A stretch of 63,746 bases of DNA, filler included, from Licmophora abbreviata (Eukaryota): assembly GCA_900291995.1 (NCBI GenBank). It is 18 parts of 18 records of this genome, joined end to end, with 100 filler letters (N's around TTAATTAATTAA, not from the genome) between each part and the next. Parts side by side here need not be neighbours in the genome. Positions count along the whole stretch, not along the records: positions 48,498 to 51,880 come from OLMU01001633.1; positions 51,981 to 58,915 come from OLMU01001634.1; positions 59,016 to 61,790 come from OLMU01001635.1; positions 61,891 to 63,746 come from OLMU01001637.1; 14 more parts are not named here. One strand, 5' to 3'. A model generated the notes under the pieces. The model saw nothing but the letters and a program-made list of their open reading frames with translations, searched no databases and was not told where the DNA came from. A program made the position numbers and the translations under genes. Numbering within the stretch: position 1 is the stretch's first letter; each line of letters opens with the position of its first letter. Shown here one piece after another: positions 50,589-62,043 of this stretch.

Positions 50589-52712
50589 TCATTGAGATTT
50601 ACATTGGTTTTGGTCGTCGCAACAGACCTGGCAACAGGGACAAATAACTTCTCCGAAACAGTCGGCCGCCAGCGTCTCAAGTCTCGCGCTGGCCATGTCG
50701 TTGCCATTGCAGAAGAAGGAAATGTCACCCGTGAACATGTTGAATGTTAAAGTAAGAGCCCCTGTGAGCGACAGCAATGAAGGAAGCAAGTTAGGAAGAT
50801 GTCACGTTGTCTGACCACCACGACCGGACCACTTTTAAAACCTACTCAGTTGGCCGAGCTGTCCATAGGATTCCGGCACCGTTCCCGTAAAATTATTTCG
50901 TTGAAAAAAGACGAGCTGCGCGGAGTTACTTAGTGTCGCAGGCAAGGTGCCATTGAGCGAGTTGTCGTTGACATCCAATAGAATGAGATTCGGCAGACTT
51001 CCAAGTGACTCTGGCAGAGGACCGGTCAATTCATTGGCTGCCATGCCAAGTCGACTCAACGACTGGGACATTTGGGTCCAGTTGCTGGGGATGGTCCCTG
51101 TCAAGCGGTTGTAGCTCGCCTCGAAGATTGCCAGTGAGTCCGACTGCTGAATAGACTCCGGAATTATCCCGGTGAACGTATTGTTTGTTGCGGAGAAGGC
51201 ATCAAGCGGCATCGTTCCGAGATCTTGGGGAAGAGTTCCATTAAAAAAGTTGTGTGAAAGATCCAACGTCTCTAAACCTGGCATGCCTCCGGGAGGCAGG
51301 GCAAACTTGCCCTCTAGACCGTTCCGAAAGAAACTTAGAAACAGCATGTCGGACAGCTCATAGAGTTCAGTGGGAAGCGTACCAGTGAACGAGCTAGAGG
51401 CGAGTGTCAGTCCCCGCAATGCAGTCTGTCCAATCTCCGTCGGGATTGTCCCTGTCATTGAAGACTGTTGTATCCAAAGCTGGAATAAGTCAGTCGTCTG
51501 CCCGATTTCTGTTGGCAAAGTACCGCTGAAGTCGTTGAACGGAAGCACTAGACTCAACAAACTTTGAATAGAAAACAAGGAAGTAGGTATCGTGCCTTGA
51601 ATGTCGTTTACGCTGAGGGCGAGTGCCTGGAGGCCGCTCAAAGATCCGATCTCGTCTGGCAGCGTCCCCGACAAGCCATTGCCGTACATCTCAATGAACG
51701 TAGCGACTCCAGCCTCGCACAGCACGACTCCATCGCGTCCAGTAAAGGCCGGTTGGTTCGATGGCGCCGGAGCGTTCCAGTTGCACTCATGAGTGGTTGG
51801 TGACAAGAAGTTGGCTTGGCGACTCCATGTCGTATCGCCTCCCGTCGCATAGTAAAACACGACGATCACAAAACGTTGCGNNNNNNNNNNNNNNNNNNNN
51901 NNNNNNNNNNNNNNNNNNNNNNNNTTAATTAATTAANNNNNNNNNNNNNNNNNNNNNNNNNNNNNNNNNNNNNNNNNNNNCGCATAGTAAAACACGACGA
52001 TCACAAAACGTTGCGCGAACTGGTTTGAATCGACCTGAGTGGTAAAATCAATCAATTCGTCTACGTCGGCCATCCACAAGGCAGCCCGATACTGAGGCGA
52101 AGTGCTGTCCTCCAGAGTTATTTCAAAGATCGATTCGACCAACATCGTGACAACTGAGAACACACTGTCTGTTGGAGCGTCACTGGGTGTCGCTGACGGG
52201 GCCATGGTGGGGGCCAACGTCGGAGCCATACTCGGCATGCTACTGGGGACAGTGTCTCCTCCGTCACTGTCGTCACCCAGAGTGAGACCCAGCGCGATTC
52301 CCACCGCAATGGCAATCAGGACCACACCGCCAATGATAAGCGATGCCTTCTTGTTTGGTAGCCACTTTTTCTTGACCACGTGCACGTCCGACGCCACAAG
52401 TACGTTGCTGCCAAGCGCCTCGGTCTCAGCCGTCATCTGCTCTTGTACAAGCACTGCCTGTATGTGCTCCGTCGAAGCGTCTATCGTCTCATCACGTCCT
52501 ACAGCGTGCGACTCCGGCAAAGCTACTTCCTCGTCAGATGCAAAACGACCTTCAGGGAGCTCTGGTTCATCGGCGGCTGTGTCGGTAGAAGGGGCGTGAG
52601 TAGTGCCTTCCACCAACAGATGGGACTCATTCTCTCCATCAACTGTCGTCGACGGGGCAGTTTCAATTCCTGCTTCCTCGAAGTTCGACATCGCTTGGTA
52701 CAAGTTGCTCAT
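50589..52712 (-). CDS. Type II membrane LRR protein, paralogue A
   Basis: MSNLYQ..., TM LIIGGVVLIAIAVGIALGLTL, SPQYRAALWMA, LRRs, intron ~50845-50762 and ADCFGEVICPCCQVCC. A 35-bp overlap across the spacer at 51881 joins the two halves. Confidence 0.9.
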
Positions 52713-52766
52713 GCTTGATCGGTAGAGCTAGACTTTGTTTGGTCTTTTCTGATCGGCAGAATAGAG

Positions 52767-52810
52767 TTTGATTGCAATGACTGAATTTGATTGCAATGAC
52801 TGAATTTGAT
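52767..52810. repeat. 19-bp tandem repeat (2.3 copies) just upstream of LRR paralogue A
   Basis: tttgattgcaatgactgaa twice, followed by tttgat. Confidence 0.85.
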
Positions 52811-53195
52811 CTTGGTTGAAGACATCTTGGCGTGAAGTGTGAAGTGCATACTCGTATCATAGACGAGTGCATAAACCCGCGGTATCCAAAAAGCGATGGT
52901 TGGACTCACTCGATGGTATCATTGGCGTCGTTTACTTATGGACAAATGACCTTCTGACGTCGAGCTGAGACTCACTCGACCCTCGGTTGCAAGTTGAAAG
53001 CGATGCAGTCTAATACCTGGTCTATTACCTAATACCGGTGTCCGGCTGCAGCCCTCCATAGAGACTCCAAAGTCCGCCGTTCCGCGGGTGAGGCGATCCA
53101 CGCAATAGGGAAAGTGCCATCGCCAAGCAGTGGTCGGGATGCACTAGCAGTAAAAAGAGTACACCGTAGCGACGAGTGACTGGCTTCCTATCTCT

Positions 53196-55447
53196 CTAGA
53201 CTATCATGACGTTCGACGGAGCGTCGCTCTCGCTCCGATGCAAAGAACTTCCCAAACCAATAATTCGTAGCAAGATTTGCCAAATGTCAATGGAAAGGTA
53301 CCCGCGCGACTCGGACTGTCGAACCACAACACCATCCGAAGCCCCCGGCTCGATCTTCTCGGAATTAGTATTCGTCTCCTGGCCAGCTTGAAGCGCTCCA
53401 CCTGGTTCGCTCGTTCCCTTTCTTCCGTATGCATTTGCCATTGTCTTATCGACTCCGAGACGGGTGGTAATCAGAGCGATACCGGCGCGACAAGCGGCCT
53501 CACCACTCTTGGCCTCCGAAAGATGGAATTCCACATCGCGGATCTCCTCTCGAAGAGTACGCACGAGTTTGATTCCTCCTGACAGCCCGCGTCGCTCCAC
53601 TTCGGCTAGATCACGCGAACTTTCTTCTGACAGGTCAGCGATGGACGCCCGGAGCTTGCGAATCTGTAGAGGTCGCATAAGATATCAAATAGTCGGGCGT
53701 CGTAGAGTAAGCCATTGCTCGAGATCACACGACTTCCACTGCGTCCATCTAACAAACAAAAAATGAGACTCACCTTATTGTCGCTCGCCCCAATTTGTGC
53801 CAGGAGTTGCTGCCTTTGTGAATGCTCTTCCTCAGGCGTCTCTGGCGACAGGTTGATGAATGACAGTTTGCGACTGCTCGCAACCAGTTTGCTAGCGGCG
53901 ATTTCCTCGTAGTTTCCCCCAATCTCCTTGACCCAGTAGGCGAGTTCATCTTCACTTTCACCCCACTGTTCCGTGCACTGCTGAAGCTCCTCCAAGCGAC
54001 GCGACTTGAGAGCCTTGAGGCTTCGGACATGGGACGCCAAGGCCGACGCGCCCCCTCCCAATAACAGCAGACCATGGCACACCGACACCTCCTCTGCGAG
54101 ATTGTCAAGACAGGTTGACAAGGCTCGCGCCAACGACTCGAGCTCCTCCAGTCGGTTCACTAGGTTGGACAAGGAATCCTTGTCGGGATCGGAGACCATG
54201 CGCATGACTAGACCTGGCGGTGGTGGGCGGTCGGGAGAAGCATCAACCTTCGTCGGGTTTGCTTCGTCGTGCTTCGTGTGTCCATTCTGGTGCTCGCTGT
54301 TGTTGTCGTTGTTGGACATCGCTTGTTCAGTCCCACCGGCAGTGCCATGCGGTTCACTTTCCAACACTGGACGCGTGATTTCTTCACATGCCTTGCTGCC
54401 CATCTCGACACACCATCCGTGAAGCGTCTTTCCCCCGATATCGATAGTCGATGGCATCCCACTATTCAAGAGCTGCTGCAGTCGCTCGACTTCATCGGAC
54501 CCAATGCATCGAAGAGCCTCTGCAGTAAAGGCATGTCGTATACCCTCGCGCTTGGAGGGTACCATATCAACAGGCTTAACTATGTTTTTCGTCTTGTCGT
54601 CGTCGTTGTTGGTGGTGGTGACGGCACCACCACCCATAAGCCAAGAGGACGACGATCGAGATTTCGCTTGGTCGCCGTCATCATTTCCGTTTCCAAACGC
54701 GAGCTCCCAAGCCGATACTCCTTGGTGACGAGCCAGGGGGTTGTGGTCCTTATTCTGTACCGTGGGACGAATGGCAGGGTTCGCTCCCATGCGCAGCAGA
54801 CAAGACGTGGCATTGGTCGATCCGAACAAGACGGCCACGTGCAGAGGCGGCTTGTCGGGATCGTTCAAGAGCAACTCCCGATTGTCCGTCTGTTCTGTGA
54901 GAATGGCCTTGAGGATATCGACTCGATCATGCTCGACTGCCAATGCCAAGAGCGACTGCTGTTCGGCGAGCGACGTCACCTGCTCCTCTTCCTCATCGTC
55001 TTCGTCACTCTGTTGACTGTCGTCGTCCCCCGAGTCCGAGTCGTCATGGTGCTCACTGCTGGAAGCTTCCTCCTCGTAGCTCTCCTCTACTTCTTGCTCG
55101 ATCGAACTTTCCTCGTCATCGTCATTCCCCACCGCAGGATCATCGAGTTTCGTCTTCGCCGGCGACTCGTCTTGGTTGGGGTCGGGGTGGGAGTGAGTGG
55201 AGACAAGAGACGACAGCTCCTCTTCGTCTGCAGAATCTTCATTCATTTCTTCTGCATCTCCTTCTTCCGTATCGTCGCCATGAACCTTGTGCCCCTCTTC
55301 TTGTCGTTGTTGTTGCTGTTGCTCTTCTTCTTCTTCCGAATCCAGCACTTCGTCGTCCTGACTGTCTGTCTCGTACTCGTCCGAGTCGTAGTCCCCGTCT
55401 GTATACTCGTCATCGTCGTCTTCTTGTTTTCGTCCAAAGAGCCACAT
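53196..55447 (-). CDS. Ankyrin-repeat protein with an acidic N-terminus and C-terminal coiled coils
   Basis: D/E-rich first ~155 aa, SLLALAVEHDRVDILKAIL and PPLHVAVLFGSTNATSCLLRMGAN. Intron 53773-53664 joins IRKLRASIADLSEE. Confidence 0.8.
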
Positions 55448-55954
55448 CCTTGCGCTGCTTCTGTCAATTCTTTTTTAACCAGCAAAGTGCACAAGAGCTG
55501 TGATTATCCGAGGCGACGGACGGATGCGTGCGTTGGGATGACGACTTTGTGTTTGTGCCATGGTGTGTTGCGTCCGTCATCCTCCAGCGCGCATTGCTGC
55601 GGCACTCTCCATCGTCCTATATAATAATGTATTTAGACATGTCTAGTACATTTATAGAGTGACCGCTAGAAAGCTTTTCCCAAAATGACCATCCGGGTCT
55701 TTACCAGGTATGATACGGCCAGCAACAATGCGCCTCTTCCTTGTGAGAACAAGAACTTACGTGCTACGTCGTATTATATGCATTCAACATTGAAACAGGA
55801 GACGCCAGCTTGTCACTCTAACTAGCTAGTTCGACACGATCATTAGTGCATAGAGACGACTCTTCTCTAAAACTCGTTATGAATACTTTTTCGTACATTC
55901 GTTCGTTCGTGCACTCGCTCCTCTCCCGATTCCGCAAGCCAGCTCCTTACAAAA

Positions 55955-57639
55955 CTAAAAGTCCAATCCTTCGTACTTGAACTCGTCATGATAAATGTTG
56001 GTAAAGGCTCGCACTAGCTCCACACCGCCTTCTTCTCCAGCAGTAATCGTAGCACGCGTCTTGCTCGAACAAAAGGCCGCATGTCCAAACGAGACGGGTA
56101 GAGAACACACGTCCGCTTGCGACAGCACGGCCGTTCCCTTCAGACACAGGAATACAGACGGCGACATGAGTTCGCAGACTTCGTACGTATCGCCCGCTGG
56201 GACGCGAATCACTTCGACGCAAAAGTCGGGTACGGGCGGTTCGTAGCGAGTCGTGCATGCGTCCGTAGCTACGCCGGTGCTGAATTCCGGCACGCAGGAC
56301 TTGTAGGTCAACATGTCCACTAGAGTCGACACGTCCTTCAACTTTGGTGTGAGTCCGGCGCGTACGACATTGTCGCTGCACGCCATGCACTCGACGAGCT
56401 CGCCACTAATGTAGGCATGCGGTTCGTTGGCTCCTATAAACAAGGCCTCGCCCTTCTTCAACGTCACCACGTTGAACATCAAGGGCGCAATGATTCCCGA
56501 GTCACCAGGAAACTGTTCCGACAGTTGTACCATGAGCGTGTCGAGGGGAGTTGGAGTATCCATACCCTTCACACGAGTCAAGAGAATGTCCAACTGAGCG
56601 CGCACCACGTCGTCGTCACACTCCAAGTACGTATGAAACATGCGCTGCAGTACCGCTCGCGTCGCCGGCGAGTGCACCATGCGCTGCACGTCCTCCGCAC
56701 AGTCCGTGCCCAGAATGGCTCCGAACTCTGGATACTGTTGCAGATGCTCGACGATCTCTGCAATGGGTCGGAATCCACACATGGCTTGCATTTCGTCCGA
56801 GATGCAAATGGCCATTTCAGGCTTGTGGTTGGGGTCCTTGTAAATGTGAGGACGTTCGGCATGAAGTTTCTCGGCCAATTTCTTATCGGGATGTGCCTGA
56901 ATGGAAAGAACCTTTTGGATGCTCAGTACCTTCAGCAAGAAGGTCAAATCGGTATCCTCGGCCCTTCCACAGTGCTGCTCAGGATCCTGTTGCACATAGT
57001 CCAAGAGCCGTGTCGTCGTCGTAGTACTGCTGCCGTTGCGTGCACTACTATCAGTGTTCGTCTCCGTCGTTGTCGAGACACGCGACATGCCACTGGGATG
57101 CGTGCCCAGCCAAAGTTCTGCGTACGGACTTTCGTCGTCCACGCAAAAGTCGTCATCGCCTTCCAGTTCCGCTTGCGCCGCCTTCATGCGAGCCACCGTC
57201 GACGTCTGACCGCGACGGCCCCATGCGTACTGCTGTGCTGCACAGTGGAGCGGCTGTGTATCAAATGATGCAATGACGGGAGGTGGAGTAGAAGTGTAGA
57301 GACAGAGGGAGGGGTGAAGCTGTGAGAAAGACTGACCATCTGTACATGTTCACAGAGAGACGACAAGCCATTCTCGTCGGTCATTGCTCATCCCTCTCGG
57401 TGTACGAGCAAGTACACGTCACGTAGCTTTCTACTCACACGAAGCTGGTTTGCCATCGTCACGGGCACAGCGCACTGTGTGAGCTCATTTTCGCGTTCCG
57501 TGAGCTTTGCAAGAGTCTCGCGAGACAGGTTGCGAGTCATGGACGGTGTTCGGGCATCGTTGGTGTCCTTGAGAGGTTCCAGGACTTCCGGAAACTCGCC
57601 CACCATGGTCGTCATGGTGTTGGCGCGATTCGGGGGCAT
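55955..57639 (-). CDS. MPI: Mannose-6-phosphate isomerase (type I)
   Basis: Exon 57639-57439, intron 57438-57254, then PLHCAAQQYAWG, PYAELWLGTHPS, LSIQAHPDK, YKDPNHKPEM, EPHAYISG, ECMACSDNVVRAGLTPK and YEPPVPDF. Confidence 0.95.
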
Positions 57640-58579
57640 GATTTTCGAAATTGAAACTTTTAGAGGCGCCGGCGACTGCGGTGATCGAGTGAGCAAGCCC
57701 GCGCAGGGGTGAGTTTACGTAGGAACGGACATCCTCGATATATTTAGTTATCACAGTCGTTTAGAAGACACGCGCGGCCGGCGCGGACGATTTTTCGAGA
57801 CTCGGGACTGAAACGGATCCGTCCGAAAGGGTTCGTCGCGGACCATGGCGGAACCTATCTATCGGCTGCGTTGGAAATCGTTGAGCAGAAAAAACAATGC
57901 GGCCGACTCAAAGATTCATTCGCATAGGAGTATGTTACACGATGGAGAATGTTCCGGAACAATCTGACTTGAGAACCTTTCATAATGGCTCATCGAAAGA
58001 AACTTCAAGACACGATCACGTTCCAAACGACTCAACTCCTGACACACATCAGTAGGCTTGGCAACGACTTTACGCTCCTTCCATTAACACAGGTCTGTCT
58101 CGTCACACGTACCAAAGGATGAGAGGGAGACTGTCAAAGAGTCTTTCTTGCTGACAAGAGACGACAGACAACCAAGATCGAAATAGTCTAGGGAGCACGA
58201 CACTTCGAAAAGTGGACACCCAAGAGAGAACGAAAAGTCTCGGTCGGTCACAAGTCATCAGCAGTCATAGTTTGTCAATGACTCTTTTCTTCCAGGTCTA
58301 CGACACTCTACAACATGACACGTCACCATGGTCATTTCGACATTTCCGCGGACATTGAATTGATACAAGTACGTCAGAGGCATCTCATTTCTCATTTCTC
58401 GTGTTTTTGAGAAAGTGCGTGATGATGCGTGGTGTGAGGTAGGTTGTGGTGTGTTGAGACGACGAGGTGGCACACTACTGAACGTCTGAGGGAAGAAGAG
58501 GAGTCCGCACAAGGAGGGTGTGGGAACATCCTGTAGCAGCGACGAGGCATTGACTTCTAGAGAAAATCAGAGCTGAGCC

Positions 58580-60605
58580 ATGAGCAACTTGTACCAAACC
58601 ATTTCGAAAACTGAAAAAGAAGAGGAAGGTGAAAAAGCAACACCATTGGCAGCGGCGGCTCCGGCAACTTCGCACTCGGAAAAAGGAGAGTCGAAGGTTG
58701 CAGTCGAGAAGGAATCCAAGCTCAGTATTTCAGAAGGCACTAGTCAGCCAGTAGCCCGAGGCCCCAGGTCAGAATCTCCTACCAAGATGGAAACTCGCAG
58801 CTCGAGTAAAGACAGCAGCAAGCTAGGACTCGCTCCTGGAACGAGTCCGGCGCCGTCTGCTCTGAATAATGATGGAACTGAAAATCAATTGGCGCAAACA
58901 GAAGACTTAATTACGNNNNNNNNNNNNNNNNNNNNNNNNNNNNNNNNNNNNNNNNNNNNTTAATTAATTAANNNNNNNNNNNNNNNNNNNNNNNNNNNNN
59001 NNNNNNNNNNNNNNNTCTCACTCTGGGTGACGACGACGATAGAGGAGACACTGTCCCCAGTAGCATGCCGAGTATGGCTCCGACGTTGGCCCCCACCATG
59101 GCCCCGTCAGCGACACCCAGTGTCGTTCCAACGACGGATGGGTTTTCGATGGTCGCTGTCTTGGTCGAATCGATCTTTGGAAATAAAACTTTGGAGGACA
59201 GTAACTCCCCACAATACCGAGCTGCGTTGTGGATGGCCGAGGTGGACGAGTTGATTGATTATTCTGGTATCGTCAGTGCAGACCGATTTGCACAACGATT
59301 TGCCGTTGTTGTCTTGTATTATGCAACGGGAGGTGACACGACGTGGGAGCGTCAAGCCAATTTCTTATCGCCAACTACCCATGAATGCGACTGGAACGCT
59401 ACAGCTCCGTCGAATCTTCCGGCCGCTACCGGATTAGATGGTGTAGCTCTCTGCTCGGTGGACGATGCCTCACAAACAAGAAGAGTCGTGTTTATTGATT
59501 TCTTTGCCAACGGCATGTCGGGAACGCTTCCAAATGAACTCGGTGCTTTGAGTGGTCTTTTGGGGCTCTTTCTGAATGTGAACAGCATTCAAGGTACTCT
59601 GCCGAAGTCGCTGTTCAGACCAGATTTGCTGGCATTGCAGCTCCCTTTCAACAATTTAACAGGTACCATTCCGACCGAAATTGGACAAGCGACGGCGCTA
59701 ATCCAGCTGTGGATTGAACGCTCCTCAATGACGGGGACGATCCCAACAGAGATTGGTCGCACGGCGATGCAAGCAATGATCCTCGCCACGAATTCCTTCA
59801 ACGGTACGATACCTAGCACTCTGCCTCAGCTGACGGACTTGGAAATTCTGGGTCTCTACGCAAATCGATTCGAAGGCGAGTTTGCGCTACGACCAGGCGT
59901 CCTGCCAAATCTGCGAAATCTGGCCTTACAAGACAACGAGCACTTGAATGGAACGCTGCCTGAAGACATCGGATCAAGACCTCTAGAGATCTATTCAATT
60001 GCGGGCAACAGCTTCAGTGGAACGATTCCCGAATCTATCCAGCAGTCGACTTCGTTGACGCAATTGCTTATTGGCAGGAACGTCTTAACGGGTACCATCC
60101 CTAGCGATTGGAACAACATGTCTCAGTCGTTGTTGACTCTCACCCTGGAGAGCAACCTGCTCACCGGCACCTTGCCAGAGTCACTGGGGAACGTAACGAA
60201 CCTTGAGTTCTTGGCTGCTGGTGGAAACTCACTCAACGGAACCCTACCAGCCCGTCTAGGCGATTCCATGGCGGCTCTTCTCTTACAAGAGAACCAACTC
60301 ACCGGCACGGTACCGGAGTCCTACGGACAGCTCGAGAAACTGAGTGCGTCTTATGGGTTCGCGGTTGCTCCGCTTCAATGCAATTATCTTTGCCCCGCTC
60401 ACGCCCTCCTCGTTCTTCCGCATTTCTTGCAGGATCGTTCACATTATTCTGGAACATGTTGACGGGTAACATTTCCTTCTTTTGTAACGGCAATGAGACA
60501 TTGCGCCCGACGCTGCAGACGCTACATGCAGACTGTTTGGGCGAAGTTATTTGTCCGTGTTGCCAATTGTGCTGCGATAGTGATGACGAATGCGCATTCA
60601 ATTAG
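58580..60605 (+). CDS. Type II membrane LRR protein, paralogue B (TM region presumably in spacer 58916-59015)
   Basis: MSNLYQTISKTEK..., PSSMPSMAPTLAPTMAPSATPS shared with paralogue A, SPQYRAALWMAEVD, LRRs, intron 60344-60432 and ADCLGEVICPCCQLCC. Confidence 0.85.
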
Positions 60606-60945
60606 CAACTGTCTCGTGCGGTAGCGATTGTACAGTAATGGCTCACGCCGCCGATACAAGTGCTTCTTTATCCATATGGATGCCTTGGAACATGCTATAC
60701 TGCTCGTTTCGGAGCCATGGTCAGCTAAAAGGGTGATGAATTCAGATCTGGTGCGAGCTCTCTTCGTGGCGCGCGCTTTTTAAAACTCGAATGGAGCTCG
60801 AAATGGACGCATGTAATATGTTCTCAAGGTAAAAAATATAGACTCTATCCGAAAGGGTGTGCGCCCGCGGACCATGGCAAGCATTCTTTGTACCTGGTAG
60901 AGGAAATTAACGATACCGAAGCGTCCTATAATCGATAGCTGAGCC

Positions 60946-61790
60946 ATGAGCAACTTGGACCCAGCCATTATTTCGAAAACGGAAAAAGGGGAGGGAGAAA
61001 CTGAAACAGCAATAGCAGCAGCGGCTGCACCGGTTACGGCGACCTGTTGTTTTACTAGGCAGCAACAGGGCAAGACTAGTAAACGGACTCAGTGGATCGA
61101 AATTGTGAGCTTAGTGCAGATTAGAATGAGTTTGTGAATACTGATTCCAACGACTTTGTAATGATGTGACATGGAGTATTTAACCGGAGGTGTCTGAGTC
61201 GGGACTGACAGTTATGCCTTCTTGATCGTGAGTTGCTCTTAAATGTCTGAGTTAGGAGGGCTGGCGATTTAATTCAAATCGCTGATGACGTGCTGGCGAT
61301 TTGATACCAATTGCTGATGACGTCCAACTCTCCGTATCACAACAACACGACCACGCACCCGGGAAATTCAGCGTCGAAGGCTACAGTTGAGAAGAAATCC
61401 AAGTTCAGTATTGCAGAAGGCACTAGTCCACCAGTGGCCCGAGGCCCAATATCAGATTCTCCTACCAGGATGGAACCTCGCAGCTCGAGTAAAAACAGCA
61501 GCAAGCTAGAACTGGCCCCAGGAGCGCGTCCCACACTGTCTGAACTGAATGAAAGTCCAACAGCTGATCAAGTGGAGCAAATAGGAGATGAACTTTCACT
61601 TAACAATGAAGAGACTGTAGATTTATCAATGCCAGATGCTCTGATTGACAGTCCAGCAGCTGATCAGCTGGGGCAAAGAGGAGATACACTTTCACCTGAC
61701 AATGAGGAGATCGGAGACTCGTCGACGGCGTCTGCTCTGAATAATGATGGAGCTGCAGATCAATTGGAGCAAACAGGAGATGAACTTTCA
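60946..61790 (+). pseudogene. 5' part of a third paralogue (C) of the LRR gene, disrupted by a solo LTR
   Basis: MSNLDPAIISKTEKGEGE... and ...EKKSKFSIAEGTSPPVARGP...SSKLELAPG align with the N-terminus of paralogue B. Removing 61045-61352 restores a single frame. Confidence 0.75.
61045..61347. mobile_element. Solo LTR of an LTR retrotransposon (303 bp)
   Basis: Starts TGTTGTT and ends AACAACA (7-bp inverted termini, TG...CA). Flanked by the direct repeat CGACC at 61040-61044 and 61348-61352. Absent from paralogue B. Confidence 0.85.
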
Positions 61791-62043
61791 NNNNNNNNNN
61801 NNNNNNNNNNNNNNNNNNNNNNNNNNNNNNNNNNTTAATTAATTAANNNNNNNNNNNNNNNNNNNNNNNNNNNNNNNNNNNNNNNNNNNNGTCATGTGCT
61901 ATTCATAGAAGACTAGTGGACTTGTCCTCAAGAGTGCAAAGAGCTCCCAAAAACGATAATACTGAGTGAGATGAGGCGGCAAATCATAGCATAGAAAAGG
62001 CGCTAAGAAGGTATTCATGCTATCATTCAGTCGACATGCACAT

